Positions 19,230 through 28,537 of a DNA stretch of 64,000 nt are shown in pieces; within the stretch, counting starts at the first letter, position 1; every line of letters begins with the position of its first letter. Location of the stretch: assembly GCA_965219455.1 (NCBI GenBank), contig OZ244744.1, positions 2,336,001 through 2,400,000 on the forward strand, in the 5' to 3' direction. The notes beneath the pieces are model-generated. The model was not told where the DNA came from. It saw nothing but the letters and a program-made list of their open reading frames with translations, and ran no database searches. Source of the DNA: Candidatus Latescibacterota bacterium (GTDB taxonomy: Bacteria > Latescibacterota > UBA2968 > GCA-2709665). The translations under genes were made by a program, and so were the position numbers.

Positions 19230-22200
19230 TCAGTTCTCCCGCCAGTCCGCATCCTCCCCGCTGACATTAATTACACGCACCGATATCCGATGAGTTTCCT
19301 CTTCCGAGAGCGTCGCCTTCAGCTGTTCCTGTAGCTCATGGGGAGTTTCCAGGCGCCTTCCCGATGGAGAAACTCGGGTGAACGCCTTTCCGAACCAGAA
19401 TACCAGGTAGATGCCGTGTCCGGCCGCACCCGGGTCTCGAGTGTATTTGGCGATCAACTGCGTCTTTATCGCAGTCCACAGATCGGGACGGTTGTTCTTT
19501 TTAATTTCCACCGGCACGTTGAAGTCCTCGAAGGAAACTCGAATGTCCGCCCGTTTCTCGTCTGCGTAACGGCCCTCCGGTTGGGCGTCAATTGGCAATG
19601 GGGCCAATTTGTATTTCAAATCGGATAGCAACGCGTCCCTGCAAAGCTCTTCATGTTTCGGTTTTCGGGTTTTCTCGTCAGAAGGGTTTTCCCAATATTG
19701 ACGCCAATCGGAGGTACTGCCGTCATGTATATTTCGCGCGATCTCATGTAGATGATCGGTCACGAGAGCGGCGAGGTCGGCCGCGTTGGCAGGGCTGCCG
19801 TTGTCCAGAGTCCGGCAGACGTGTTCGAATTCGGGATGACGATAACTGGCGTCGCGTTGAATAACCCTTTGGGAATCTCGCGCGCGAGACAGGACGTCGT
19901 GCCAGGCCGAAAGCGCTGGTTCCGCAAGAAGCCTGTCCAGTGCATCGCCAGCCTCTTTGCCGTGGGAAGCAGCGAGACGTTGAATAAACGCATGCACAAG
20001 TTCAGAGTCCGTGTTTATAGAAGTATTCCATTCGTCGTCCCGTTCGTGCCGGGGCTCATAGGGTCGGAAGTAGCTACCTATAAGGCGAACTAGGACTTCC
20101 AATACCGGAATTTCCAGCTCAACGTCCGAAAGTGAAAAGCCCGCGCGTGGAAACACGTAGGGAAAGAACCCTACCAGGTTTCGCACCCGCCTTTCTTGAC
20201 CCTGCACGAAATCTACCAAAGGGTTCGTATACGCCTCGGGCACAATAACGACCGCAGCGGCCAACCAGCGCACCCGCTGAGCAACATTCATGCTTGTAGT
20301 AGCCAGCTTTCTATCGATCAGTTCCTTAAGCGACATCCTGTCCGTGTGTCGAATTGCGGCCCAAAGAAGATAGTCCAATGCTTCAATCTGTACTGCATTA
20401 CATCGCGTCGGAAAGGCCCGCAAGAACGGCAGGCTGGCGAGCTTCGCGACCTGGGCGTGGTCCTTATCATGTGCGAGCGCGAAGAGCCCGGAAACAGGCC
20501 CGCTACCACTACGAAGCTCGGAAATGCCACACTTTACCAGCATTTCGGCTACGACATCCGGGCGTGCCTCGCGGCTTCGACGATACCAATCGGGCTCGTG
20601 GGAACTTCCCGAACAGAAATGGAACGCGAGCGCCTTTCGCATCTGTTCATCGTCGAGCCGGCAGAGTGCGTCTGGCGTGGATTTTTCGATCTCCGCCAGG
20701 GCCGCCAGGAAAGGCCACCCGATATGATACACCTGGCCCTTTTTCTTGAGGGCGAGAATCTCCTCGACGCCTGGAACGTCCTTCCTTTCGATAACATCGC
20801 GGATTCCAACACGAACGGCATCGATCAAACTTTGATCCGATCCCAAGTCATTCTTAATGTCACTAGTGCCCCCGGCGATGCGGAGATTGATCGAGTCTGC
20901 GAAGTATATGCCCGCAATATGGTATAGCAGATCGTGGGTGGCCCGGTTTTCGCGCAACGCGGCCTCGTTGGCCCGGAGATGGTCCAGCCATTTCTCCTCC
21001 TCACGTCGGCGCCGGTCGATATATTGGGACCGAACCCCGCCGCTGTCTTTCACTCTAAAGCCGCTCGGGATGGATTGCGGCGCGCGTAGTCGATCCAACC
21101 TGGCTCGAAGTACTTGATTTTCCTCCGCGTGTTCTACTATCAGATCAAGCGACAGACCCTCGTTAACGCTTCGATTGTCAAGCGACTGACAGGCGAGTTC
21201 CAACAGGTGTTCCGCGACTCGAGGACTCATGTTCACTGTCGCGACGGCCATCGCCAGACACCAGCGACCGAAGTCAGGCGGCAGTTTGGCGCCGTAAAGA
21301 CGCTCTTGCACTTTCAAGGCGTGATACCTGAATTCGTCGGATTGGGGACATCGTTTCAGACCCTCGACGAACACTTTCTTCAGAATTTCGGAGCGTTCCT
21401 CCAGCCAAGACCCAATCTCACGAATCGCGTTTTTGTCGCCTCTCCAGGCGCCGTGAATCTCTGAGAAACCCACGTTCAACCAGTCATAAAGGCGCTCGGT
21501 TTCCAGTTCGTCACCGCGGGCATTTAGACCACGTGCCAGCAGTCTCGCCGGAAGTCGTTCGAGGTGCAGGCGGCCTTCCAGTGCGGAACGCAAGTCGGGA
21601 AGCCTTTGCTGCAGGGCATCCAGGAGTTCGACTATCTCCTCGTCCGAAGACCTTTCATGAAGTTCATGCTCCCAGAACCACCAGTACATGCCAGCCAGGT
21701 TCGTCTCCCCGGTCTCGATCAGGTGGTCCCATACTTCGATGGGAGATAGTTGCCGGGGGTACAGTTGCGATAACAGGATTCCCAGGAGTTCGTGGTCAGG
21801 ATCGGAGACGCTTCCGTTTTGAATCTCTTTAAGCAGGGTCTTGAGTTCGCACGTTTTGTTGTTATCGTCCTCCAAATGGATAAATGCGTTAAGGGCAGAT
21901 ATATTGACACTGGGCCACCACGTATCGTCGCGAACAATTCCGAGCAGAATCTCTGCAAAGTTTGCCGGACGCGAACTATGACACAGAATGCTCAGTACAA
22001 AATCGACGAACATCTGATACTCGTTGTCACGGCTGGCATTATCCAGGACGTTTCTGAGCACGGGTTCCATGTCCAGCGTCGCGAGAGGACCGAAAGCCGC
22101 CGCCAACTGAATGGAACCGAGCCTGGACACCTCACTGTGCAGAGCGTTCAGGAGCGCCCGTTTCTCGTCAAACGAAAACCCGCGTATATCGCCGTAGAGA

Positions 22201-23327
22201 CCGACACCTACGGGATCCCGAATGATAAGCTCACTTCGGGCGCTCTTACAGTACGCCGCGAGCCAGGCGGACAGACTCCTCAACCCGGTCACCACGATTC
22301 CGTCCTCTCCCGTGATGAGCGAAAGAACCCGCCGGGCAGGAAGTCCGTCTTCGATCAGCCGTGCGAGGTACCGAGCACCGAGGAATTCAGCGACGTGCCG
22401 GTGAATCGGGGCGAAACGGCTAAACGAACCGGAGTCCGCCTTGAACAGCTTTGTGGACAGCACCGACTGTAGCAACTCCGGGTTTTCGAATTGAATTTCC
22501 TCCAAAGTGGGAAAGTCTGTGTCCGGTTCACCGTGGCCCAGCGTGTACCCTTCGATTCCCGAAATCAATTGAACGGCGCAAAGACGCCCGGCGGCGTTCA
22601 ATAACCTATGCGTATTCGCCGGCTGACTGGCAACTTTGTGCTCAATATTGTGCTCACGTACCAGGTACGAACAGGCCTGCTCGAATGTTTGCAAGCGGCT
22701 GTCCGGCCATTGTTCGTTACGCGCTATAACAGTGGCCAGCAACTCGAGGGTCAGCGGGTTTTGGAGCAGCCCGTCGATCCGCCGCCCTCGGGCGTTTTCC
22801 AGGAACGCCCCGGTATCTTCGACGCCCTTGTCTTCCAATATCCGTACAATGTCCGATTCCGTAAGGGGATCAAGCCGGAGTACGGTGAGATCCCCGTCAG
22901 GGGATACGTCTTTCAGGCGCTGCCAATCGTTCTCTCCGAGCCAGTCCGCTTCCCGGCACGACAGGCGGAAACGCGGACGACGCAGACTTTCGAGACGATT
23001 GCGAATACTGTCAAAAGGTGTGCGTGCGTCTGCAGCGCCAACGCGGACCTCGTCAAGACCGTCGATAAAGAGTGTCTTATTGCGCCACTCGGCGTGCATT
23101 TCCACGTCTAGAGCGAGAAAGTCGCGGGCGGAGATCATACAGGCGCCGTCCCCAAGCGCCTCTTTCTCGGTCTCGAACGCGGTGGTCTTCCCCGAGCCGG
23201 GGTCACCCAGCAACACATAGGCCGGAGTGTCCCGAAACCCGGCCAGGGGTCGTGAGTCCCTTGCCTGATTCCGTTTCTCATCACCCTGCGGGATCACTGT
23301 ACTCGTGCGTGCGACGATCGTGTTCAT
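19230..23327 (-). CDS. 1365-aa NACHT/STAND-like NTPase with a C-terminal PD-(D/E)xK-like nuclease domain; putative defence protein
   Basis: Walker A GDPGSGKT, Walker B FIDGLDE, LSCR sensor, NPLTL and PIHRHVAEFLGA; long helical middle; C-terminal E...KRADI...VEIKK. Confidence 0.75.
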   Translation of the reverse strand: MNTIVARTSTVIPQGDEKRNQARDSRPLAGFRDTPAYVLLGDPGSGKTTAFETEKEALGDGACMISARDFLALDVEMHAEWRNKTLFIDGLDEVRVGAADARTPFDSIRNRLESLRRPRFRLSCREADWLGENDWQRLKDVSPDGDLTVLRLDPLTESDIVRILEDKGVEDTGAFLENARGRRIDGLLQNPLTLELLATVIARNEQWPDSRLQTFEQACSYLVREHNIEHKVASQPANTHRLLNAAGRLCAVQLISGIEGYTLGHGEPDTDFPTLEEIQFENPELLQSVLSTKLFKADSGSFSRFAPIHRHVAEFLGARYLARLIEDGLPARRVLSLITGEDGIVVTGLRSLSAWLAAYCKSARSELIIRDPVGVGLYGDIRGFSFDEKRALLNALHSEVSRLGSIQLAAAFGPLATLDMEPVLRNVLDNASRDNEYQMFVDFVLSILCHSSRPANFAEILLGIVRDDTWWPSVNISALNAFIHLEDDNNKTCELKTLLKEIQNGSVSDPDHELLGILLSQLYPRQLSPIEVWDHLIETGETNLAGMYWWFWEHELHERSSDEEIVELLDALQQRLPDLRSALEGRLHLERLPARLLARGLNARGDELETERLYDWLNVGFSEIHGAWRGDKNAIREIGSWLEERSEILKKVFVEGLKRCPQSDEFRYHALKVQERLYGAKLPPDFGRWCLAMAVATVNMSPRVAEHLLELACQSLDNRSVNEGLSLDLIVEHAEENQVLRARLDRLRAPQSIPSGFRVKDSGGVRSQYIDRRRREEEKWLDHLRANEAALRENRATHDLLYHIAGIYFADSINLRIAGGTSDIKNDLGSDQSLIDAVRVGIRDVIERKDVPGVEEILALKKKGQVYHIGWPFLAALAEIEKSTPDALCRLDDEQMRKALAFHFCSGSSHEPDWYRRSREARPDVVAEMLVKCGISELRSGSGPVSGLFALAHDKDHAQVAKLASLPFLRAFPTRCNAVQIEALDYLLWAAIRHTDRMSLKELIDRKLATTSMNVAQRVRWLAAAVVIVPEAYTNPLVDFVQGQERRVRNLVGFFPYVFPRAGFSLSDVELEIPVLEVLVRLIGSYFRPYEPRHERDDEWNTSINTDSELVHAFIQRLAASHGKEAGDALDRLLAEPALSAWHDVLSRARDSQRVIQRDASYRHPEFEHVCRTLDNGSPANAADLAALVTDHLHEIARNIHDGSTSDWRQYWENPSDEKTRKPKHEELCRDALLSDLKYKLAPLPIDAQPEGRYADEKRADIRVSFEDFNVPVEIKKNNRPDLWTAIKTQLIAKYTRDPGAAGHGIYLVFWFGKAFTRVSPSGRRLETPHELQEQLKATLSEEETHRISVRVINVSGEDADWREN

Positions 23328-24577
23328 TATTCCTCAAACCAGTGATTGGCCGGTACTGTCAGAAACTCATTCAGCCCGATACCACCTTCCCCGACAAGCA
23401 GACACCTATCCGGACGAAAACGCTGCTCGAAAATGCGCATTCCCCGAAAAGTCAGGTTCTTTGTACTGCTTTTGACCTCGATGGCGATGATGCGAGGACC
23501 GCGTTGCAGGACGAAATCGACTTCGTTTGAACCATCCCGCCAGTAGTAGAGGCGGGTGTCGGGCGACAAGGTATTGAACAGATGCGCGCCGACCGCGCTC
23601 TCGACAATGCGCCCCCAGAATGAGCGGTCGGCCCTCGCTTCATCAAACGAGTACCCTGAACCGGCCGTCATCAGTGCGGTATTGAGCACGTTGAGCTTCG
23701 GGCTCGAGGCGCGACGTCGATGCGGACGGTTGGAATACTTCGGCAAGCCCGCGAGTAGGCCGGCGCTCGAAAGCAGGTCCAGGTAGCGGGCAAGGGTGGT
23801 GGTGTTGCCGGCATCATGCAACTGGCCCAGCATCTTCGTGTACGAAAGGATCTGCCCGGAATAGCCGGCCCCGAGTTCGAACACCCGTTTGAGTAGCGCC
23901 GGTTTGTCCACACGGGTCATAGCGAGGATATCCCGCTCCACGTTCGGTTCGATGAGCGCGCCGAGGATATAGTTGCGCCACCTATCGGGGTTTCGGATGA
24001 ATCGTACAGCGCCCGGGTAGCCTCCAAAGTAGAGATAGCTCGCCGGATCGAGACGAAACGCCTGCATCATTTCGGCGAACGACCAGTGTGTGACGCGGAT
24101 GGACTCGAAGCGGCCGGCGAGGCTCTCGCTCAATCCCGATTGCATTAATAGCGGGGCCGAGCCCAGGATAACCACATGCAAGGGGCAGTTCCGGGCCCGG
24201 TCCGCGTCCCACAGGCCCTTGACCGTATCGGACCACCGCGGAATCTTCTGTATTTCGTCTATCGCCAGCACGAAGCCGCGTCTGAATCGCTCGGCCTCCT
24301 GCCGAGCGTGTTCCCAGTTACGCACGAGCCACTCCGTGTCTCGCGCCTGTGTCAGAGGAAAGGTTAACGTGGATGAATCGGAAGGGAAGGGATTTTCATA
24401 TCTATCGGGTTCGTCCACGGACAGGTAGCGGCTTTCGATGTGGATCTGACGCAACGCCTGGCGCACGATGGTCGTCTTGCCGGTTTGACGTGGTCCAAAC
24501 AAGGCGATGAGTTGGTGGGGGGCCTCGTCCAACCTGTCCATCAGGGTCTTTACGTGAACACGTTGAAAGGAAGTCAT
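23327..24577 (-). CDS. AAA_14 ATPase with a C-terminal DUF4143 domain
   Basis: GPRQTGKT, IDEIQK, LGSA, ESLAGR, GGYPG and EVDFVL...IEVKS motifs. TAATG stop/start overlap with the downstream gene. Confidence 0.9.
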   Translation of the reverse strand: MTSFQRVHVKTLMDRLDEAPHQLIALFGPRQTGKTTIVRQALRQIHIESRYLSVDEPDRYENPFPSDSSTLTFPLTQARDTEWLVRNWEHARQEAERFRRGFVLAIDEIQKIPRWSDTVKGLWDADRARNCPLHVVILGSAPLLMQSGLSESLAGRFESIRVTHWSFAEMMQAFRLDPASYLYFGGYPGAVRFIRNPDRWRNYILGALIEPNVERDILAMTRVDKPALLKRVFELGAGYSGQILSYTKMLGQLHDAGNTTTLARYLDLLSSAGLLAGLPKYSNRPHRRRASSPKLNVLNTALMTAGSGYSFDEARADRSFWGRIVESAVGAHLFNTLSPDTRLYYWRDGSNEVDFVLQRGPRIIAIEVKSSTKNLTFRGMRIFEQRFRPDRCLLVGEGGIGLNEFLTVPANHWFEE

Positions 24578-24583
24578 ATTGTA

Positions 24584-24612
24584 AATTTACTATATTGAGT
24601 AAATTCAGGCAA
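24584..24612 (-). promoter_or_regulatory. Putative leaderless promoter with an overlapping palindromic operator
   Basis: Minus strand TTGCCT-17-TAAATT, then TACAAT-ATG. Inverted repeat AATTTACT-N6-AGTAAATT at 24584-24605. Confidence 0.5.
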
Positions 24613-24693
24613 GAGGATAATTCACGGTTTTTCCTGGTAAATGTGAATGCAGGTTGATGCGCCGCCAAACCGCCTGATGTCGGTATGAATCAC

Positions 24694-24737
24694 AAAAACG
24701 GGATGCGCGAAGGTGGGGGTTCCTTCGGGCATCCCGT
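24694..24737 (-). terminator. Terminator after pafA
   Basis: ACGGGATGCGCGAAGG/CCTTCGGGCATCCCGT stem followed by T5 on the minus strand. Confidence 0.7.
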
Positions 24738-24788
24738 GTGCGCCATTTTGCTTATGGCAGGACGATTACGATGGTTGCATGCGGGTAT

Positions 24789-26255
24789 TCACTTCAACCG
24801 GCGCCGCATGGGGCGACGTGGAGAGGGTGAGGCCGAGCGGATCTCGTGGATGAACTCGGCCGCCACATCCCGGTAGGTCTCGAACGGATCCTGGAGACTC
24901 AGGTGGCTTTCGTTCTCAAGATAGACCGAGTCCCAGTCCACGATATACCGCATCCGGTTCTCCGACAGGGCCCTGATCACGTCGGACCGGCCCCGGGCCC
25001 GCGTATCGGCGGGCGGTTCGTCTTCCGCGTGGGCGATTTGCTTTTCCGTTAAAATGCGGCGCGTCATCCCCGTGTGTTCGAGGTCGAGGAAAAAACCCCG
25101 GTTGGGATTGATATTGTGATACTCCAGATCCAGACTCTGGAGCCACGGATCGTTCCAATCCAGGCCTTCCGACTGCACGAACATCTCCAGCATCCACTTC
25201 TTGGCCACCCAGTCCAGACGGTCCTTCAGGACCATCGGATCCAGCTCCAGGGCGTCCAGCGTCTGCTCCCACTCGTCCAGCACCCAGTCCGACTCCTCGT
25301 CCATCCCCCGCAGATGGCGCTTCGCCAGATCCAGGTACCGACGCTGGATATCCACGGCCGAAACCGGCCGGCCGTTCTTGCGTTCCAGAATCCATTTATG
25401 GGTGGGATCTCGAGAAATCTCCTTCAACGCCCAGACCGGGTCGCCCAGGCCCACGTCCTGCGGAAAAATCTTGTGCTCGAGCAGATTCAACACCATCGCG
25501 GTGGTACCGACCTTCAACGCGGTGGCGTACTCCGACATATTCGAATCGCCCATCAGCAGGTGCAGCCTTCGGTACTTGTTATAGTCCGCCAGCGGTTCGT
25601 CGCGCGTATTGATAATCGCCCGGGAAAACTGGATCCACTGGTAGATCTCCGTGACAATGTGGTCCGCGCGCTGCGAAATCTGAAAGGCGACGGGATCTTC
25701 GTGACCGGCGTCGACGTCGTCGTCCCGGCCATAATAATAGAAGCTGTCGTCGTAGCTGCCCACCCGGCCGGCGCCGCTGTAAATCTGCCGCGTTACCAGA
25801 AAAGGCAGCAACGCCGGAATCACAACCATGGAAAACGGCACGTTTCGCCGAATCAGATAGTTCTCGTGGCAACCGAAGGTAGCGCCAGTATAGTGGTCGA
25901 TGTTGTTCTTGAGGAACGATGCCTCTTTCGCCAGCCCGAGCGAACGAAGCGCGCGCTGCAGAATCCGTTCTCCCGCCCGGTCGGAGGCCACCAGGTCGAA
26001 CAGGCTCTTGCATTCCGGCGTTGTATATTCGATATGCCCCATATCGATATATACCCTGCCGGAATTGAACAAAAAACCGCCGTTACCCGGCGGTTCGTCC
26101 CGGCCCCGATAATGGATATCTATAATCCCCTTACGTTCGGTGTGGAAAATATGGTCCTTCACCTTCACCGTGATGGCATCCGGGCTGACGAACCCCTCGT
26201 GCTCCGGCGCCATGCACCCATATTCAGTTTCCAGACCGAAAATGCGACGTTCCAT
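24789..26255 (-). CDS. pafA: PafA-family ligase of the UBact conjugation system
   Basis: RIFGLETEYG, GGFLFNSGRVYIDMGHIEY, GCHENY, ISQRADH, INTRDEP, RRLHL..GDSNMSE and TRA motifs. Confidence 0.88.
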   Translation of the reverse strand: MERRIFGLETEYGCMAPEHEGFVSPDAITVKVKDHIFHTERKGIIDIHYRGRDEPPGNGGFLFNSGRVYIDMGHIEYTTPECKSLFDLVASDRAGERILQRALRSLGLAKEASFLKNNIDHYTGATFGCHENYLIRRNVPFSMVVIPALLPFLVTRQIYSGAGRVGSYDDSFYYYGRDDDVDAGHEDPVAFQISQRADHIVTEIYQWIQFSRAIINTRDEPLADYNKYRRLHLLMGDSNMSEYATALKVGTTAMVLNLLEHKIFPQDVGLGDPVWALKEISRDPTHKWILERKNGRPVSAVDIQRRYLDLAKRHLRGMDEESDWVLDEWEQTLDALELDPMVLKDRLDWVAKKWMLEMFVQSEGLDWNDPWLQSLDLEYHNINPNRGFFLDLEHTGMTRRILTEKQIAHAEDEPPADTRARGRSDVIRALSENRMRYIVDWDSVYLENESHLSLQDPFETYRDVAAEFIHEIRSASPSPRRPMRRRLK

Positions 26256-26548
26256 TTCGGGCCCTTACATGCCTAATAAAGTCAAAAGCCGGAATTTACA
26301 TGGATGGACCTGTCTGCGTGCGTGCCACACGCACAGGCAGGCAGGATCGACAGGATAAAAACCCACAAGCCGGAAGCATGCTATTTGATACGGGTGATCG
26401 CAATGAATCCGTCGATCATAAACCGTGTAACGCTACGCCTCCCCCCACCGTCGCCGCAGGCCGGGCGCCCACGAGGGACGCCCCTACACGGCAGGGGAAG
26501 TGGTACGGACATGCAGGCGTAAGATCAGGTTGCAGGATCCGCCGGCTC

Positions 26549-27328
26549 TCAGCGATACGGCTTGATCACGGGCAGAATCTCTTTTTCGGTAACGACGCGA
26601 TACCTGCGTTTGTCCGGACCGGACCGGTCGAAAACCACGGCCTCAACCGTGGACGATTTCAACTCGGCCTTCAAAATACCCTGCAGATCCGCCTCGTCGG
26701 CCACCCGTTCCAACTCCGACGTCTCCTGGGGGATCTCGTCCAGGTCTCCCACAAACCGCCCGGCCGCCCATACCTCCAGTGCGGCCTTCAACGCGTTCCG
26801 CAGGCTGAGCCGGTCGGTTTCCGGCAGATAGCGCCGCATCAACCCGTCCGCTTCCGGAATATCGCCCACAACGCCGCGGCCTTCGTGTTTCTGAAACGCG
26901 CCGTCGTAGTCCACCGTATAGAAGACGGCGCCTTCCTCCGATACATCCAGCTCCAGCATCAGGATCCGCACGATATACGGCGACCGGAACACCTCGTCAA
27001 AAGCCGTCTTGACCGCGGGACCCAGGCCGAAATGTATTATCTGCTGCAGGTTTACGTCCTGCTCCGAATAGTTGAACCCGATCACCGACGCCAGGTCCAC
27101 GGCGGACTGGCGCAGCTTCTCGATATCGGCGGGATGCCCGAGCGCGGCCATGCCGATACGGTCGTAAACCTCGAAGATCTTCTGTTGTCCCCGGCCCAGC
27201 GTCAAAAGCAGCGCGCCGTCCCGGTAGGTCAGGCCCACAACCGGGCTGCCGCCCCGCAGCTGGTCCTCGATATACTCCCGCCGGTTGGCTACCGCCTCCG
27301 CCCAGCGATAGGGTTCGTCCAGCATCAT
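26549..27328 (-). CDS. prcA: 20S proteasome alpha subunit
   Basis: EPYRW....RREYI...L..GSPVV and KIFEVYDRIGMAALG motifs; overlaps the prcB stop codon. Confidence 0.88.
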   Translation of the reverse strand: MMLDEPYRWAEAVANRREYIEDQLRGGSPVVGLTYRDGALLLTLGRGQQKIFEVYDRIGMAALGHPADIEKLRQSAVDLASVIGFNYSEQDVNLQQIIHFGLGPAVKTAFDEVFRSPYIVRILMLELDVSEEGAVFYTVDYDGAFQKHEGRGVVGDIPEADGLMRRYLPETDRLSLRNALKAALEVWAAGRFVGDLDEIPQETSELERVADEADLQGILKAELKSSTVEAVVFDRSGPDKRRYRVVTEKEILPVIKPYR

Positions 27329-28143
27329 CCCTCAGTGTCTCCAGGCCCTTCAGCTTGAGCGAAATACCGCTCGTAGGACGCCCGCAGATCCTCCTCGGAC
27401 ACGGTACGCAGTCCATCCGCCGAGATCGTTTTCACCGTGGGCAACACCCCGGTATCACGCTCGTATCTTCCGGTGGCGGCGTCGTATTCCGCGGCCGTAT
27501 GCAGCAGGCGCAGCGCCATTCCAATGCTCTCGTTACAGTCCAGTTCGGCAAACGGACGCTCGCCCCACTGGTTGTTGTAGTACATTGCGCCCCGTATGGC
27601 CGCTGCGCCGGAACCCGTGGTGGAAAAATCGGCGCTCTCGAACTGCGCGCCCAGCACGTCGTAGAAAAAGATCTTGCCGCGGCTGTCCTGTCGATCGTAC
27701 GTGGCGAAAATGGGGATCACCGGGCCGATGCCCTGCATGGCCATCGGCAGATTGTCGCGAATCAGAAGGGAGAGGCGCCGCAGTTTGGCCGCCAGGCTCA
27801 TTTCCTGCAACTGCCGGCGCCGGTGATATTGAAACGTGTGTTCAAGAATACGGGCGATTTCGTACGCCATCGCCGGCGATCCGGAAATGGCCATCACCGA
27901 ATACGCGTCGATATCGATGACCTTGTCGGCGCGGTCGTAGAGCACCGTATGGCCGGCGGTCGCCCGGCGGTCGCCCGCTACGAGGACGCCATCCCGGTAG
28001 CGAAGCGCGAGGATGGTCGTGCCTTCGGTGGGCTGAAACGGAAGGGACGCCGCGCCGCCCGGCGCACTTTCCCGCAGGTCGGCGCCGGGCATCCGGTATC
28101 CTTCGGCCTTCAGCAGATCCAGAAAATCTCCACCCGCACCCAT
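27325..28143 (-). CDS. prcB: 20S proteasome beta subunit
   Basis: Propeptide, then G|TTILALRYRDGVLVAGDRRAT; TGSG and DAATG. Start at ATG 28143, just after ubact. Confidence 0.93.
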   Translation of the reverse strand: MGAGGDFLDLLKAEGYRMPGADLRESAPGGAASLPFQPTEGTTILALRYRDGVLVAGDRRATAGHTVLYDRADKVIDIDAYSVMAISGSPAMAYEIARILEHTFQYHRRRQLQEMSLAAKLRRLSLLIRDNLPMAMQGIGPVIPIFATYDRQDSRGKIFFYDVLGAQFESADFSTTGSGAAAIRGAMYYNNQWGERPFAELDCNESIGMALRLLHTAAEYDAATGRYERDTGVLPTVKTISADGLRTVSEEDLRASYERYFAQAEGPGDTEG

Positions 28144-28147
28144 AGGC

Positions 28148-28339
28148 TCACTCACCCGTACGCTGGCGGTAACGTCGCGCCTGATTCGGGTCCACGCGCC
28201 GCATGCGGCGCAGCAGATCCTGGGTATCGGGACGGTCAACGTCCGGTCGGGACGGTCCCTCGTCTCCGTCGTTCGGCGCCCCGTCGGGGGGCTCCGACCG
28301 TCGGGTTCGCCGTTCAAAACCGGCCAGGTCTTTTTTCAT
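28148..28339 (-). CDS. ubact: Ubiquitin-like protein UBact (63 aa)
   Basis: Disordered N-terminus and C-terminal LLRRMRRVDPNQARRYRQRTGE, the R[TS]G[EQ] UBact signature. RBS AAGGAGGAG; lies between dop and prcB. Confidence 0.92.
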   Translation of the reverse strand: MKKDLAGFERRTRRSEPPDGAPNDGDEGPSRPDVDRPDTQDLLRRMRRVDPNQARRYRQRTGE

Positions 28340-28354
28340 AGCCAACTCCTCCTT

Positions 28355-28464
28355 GTGTCCCGTCCCAGAAATATTTCACCATTCATCCGCCGATTCATCC
28401 CGTCTCGCTGTGTTGCCCTCGCTCGGCGGCCGAATTCAGTCAATCTATTTCAGGGACAGAACAT
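28355..28464. mobile_element. 110-bp version of the GTGT..GTCCCAGAAA mini-element
   Basis: Same ends as 2827-2883 and 5698-5753 plus ~54 bp of extra interior; abuts the ubact RBS. Confidence 0.65.
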
Positions 28465-28537
28465 TCGAATCCGTTCAAGAATGCCCGCAGGTTCTCCCGA
28501 ACGGTTAAGCTGCACGCTTCGCCAACGCGACCGGCGG

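Noticed and set aside
28148-28339. Canonical Pup
   Set aside because: It lacks the GG[EQ] terminus; RTGE matches UBact.
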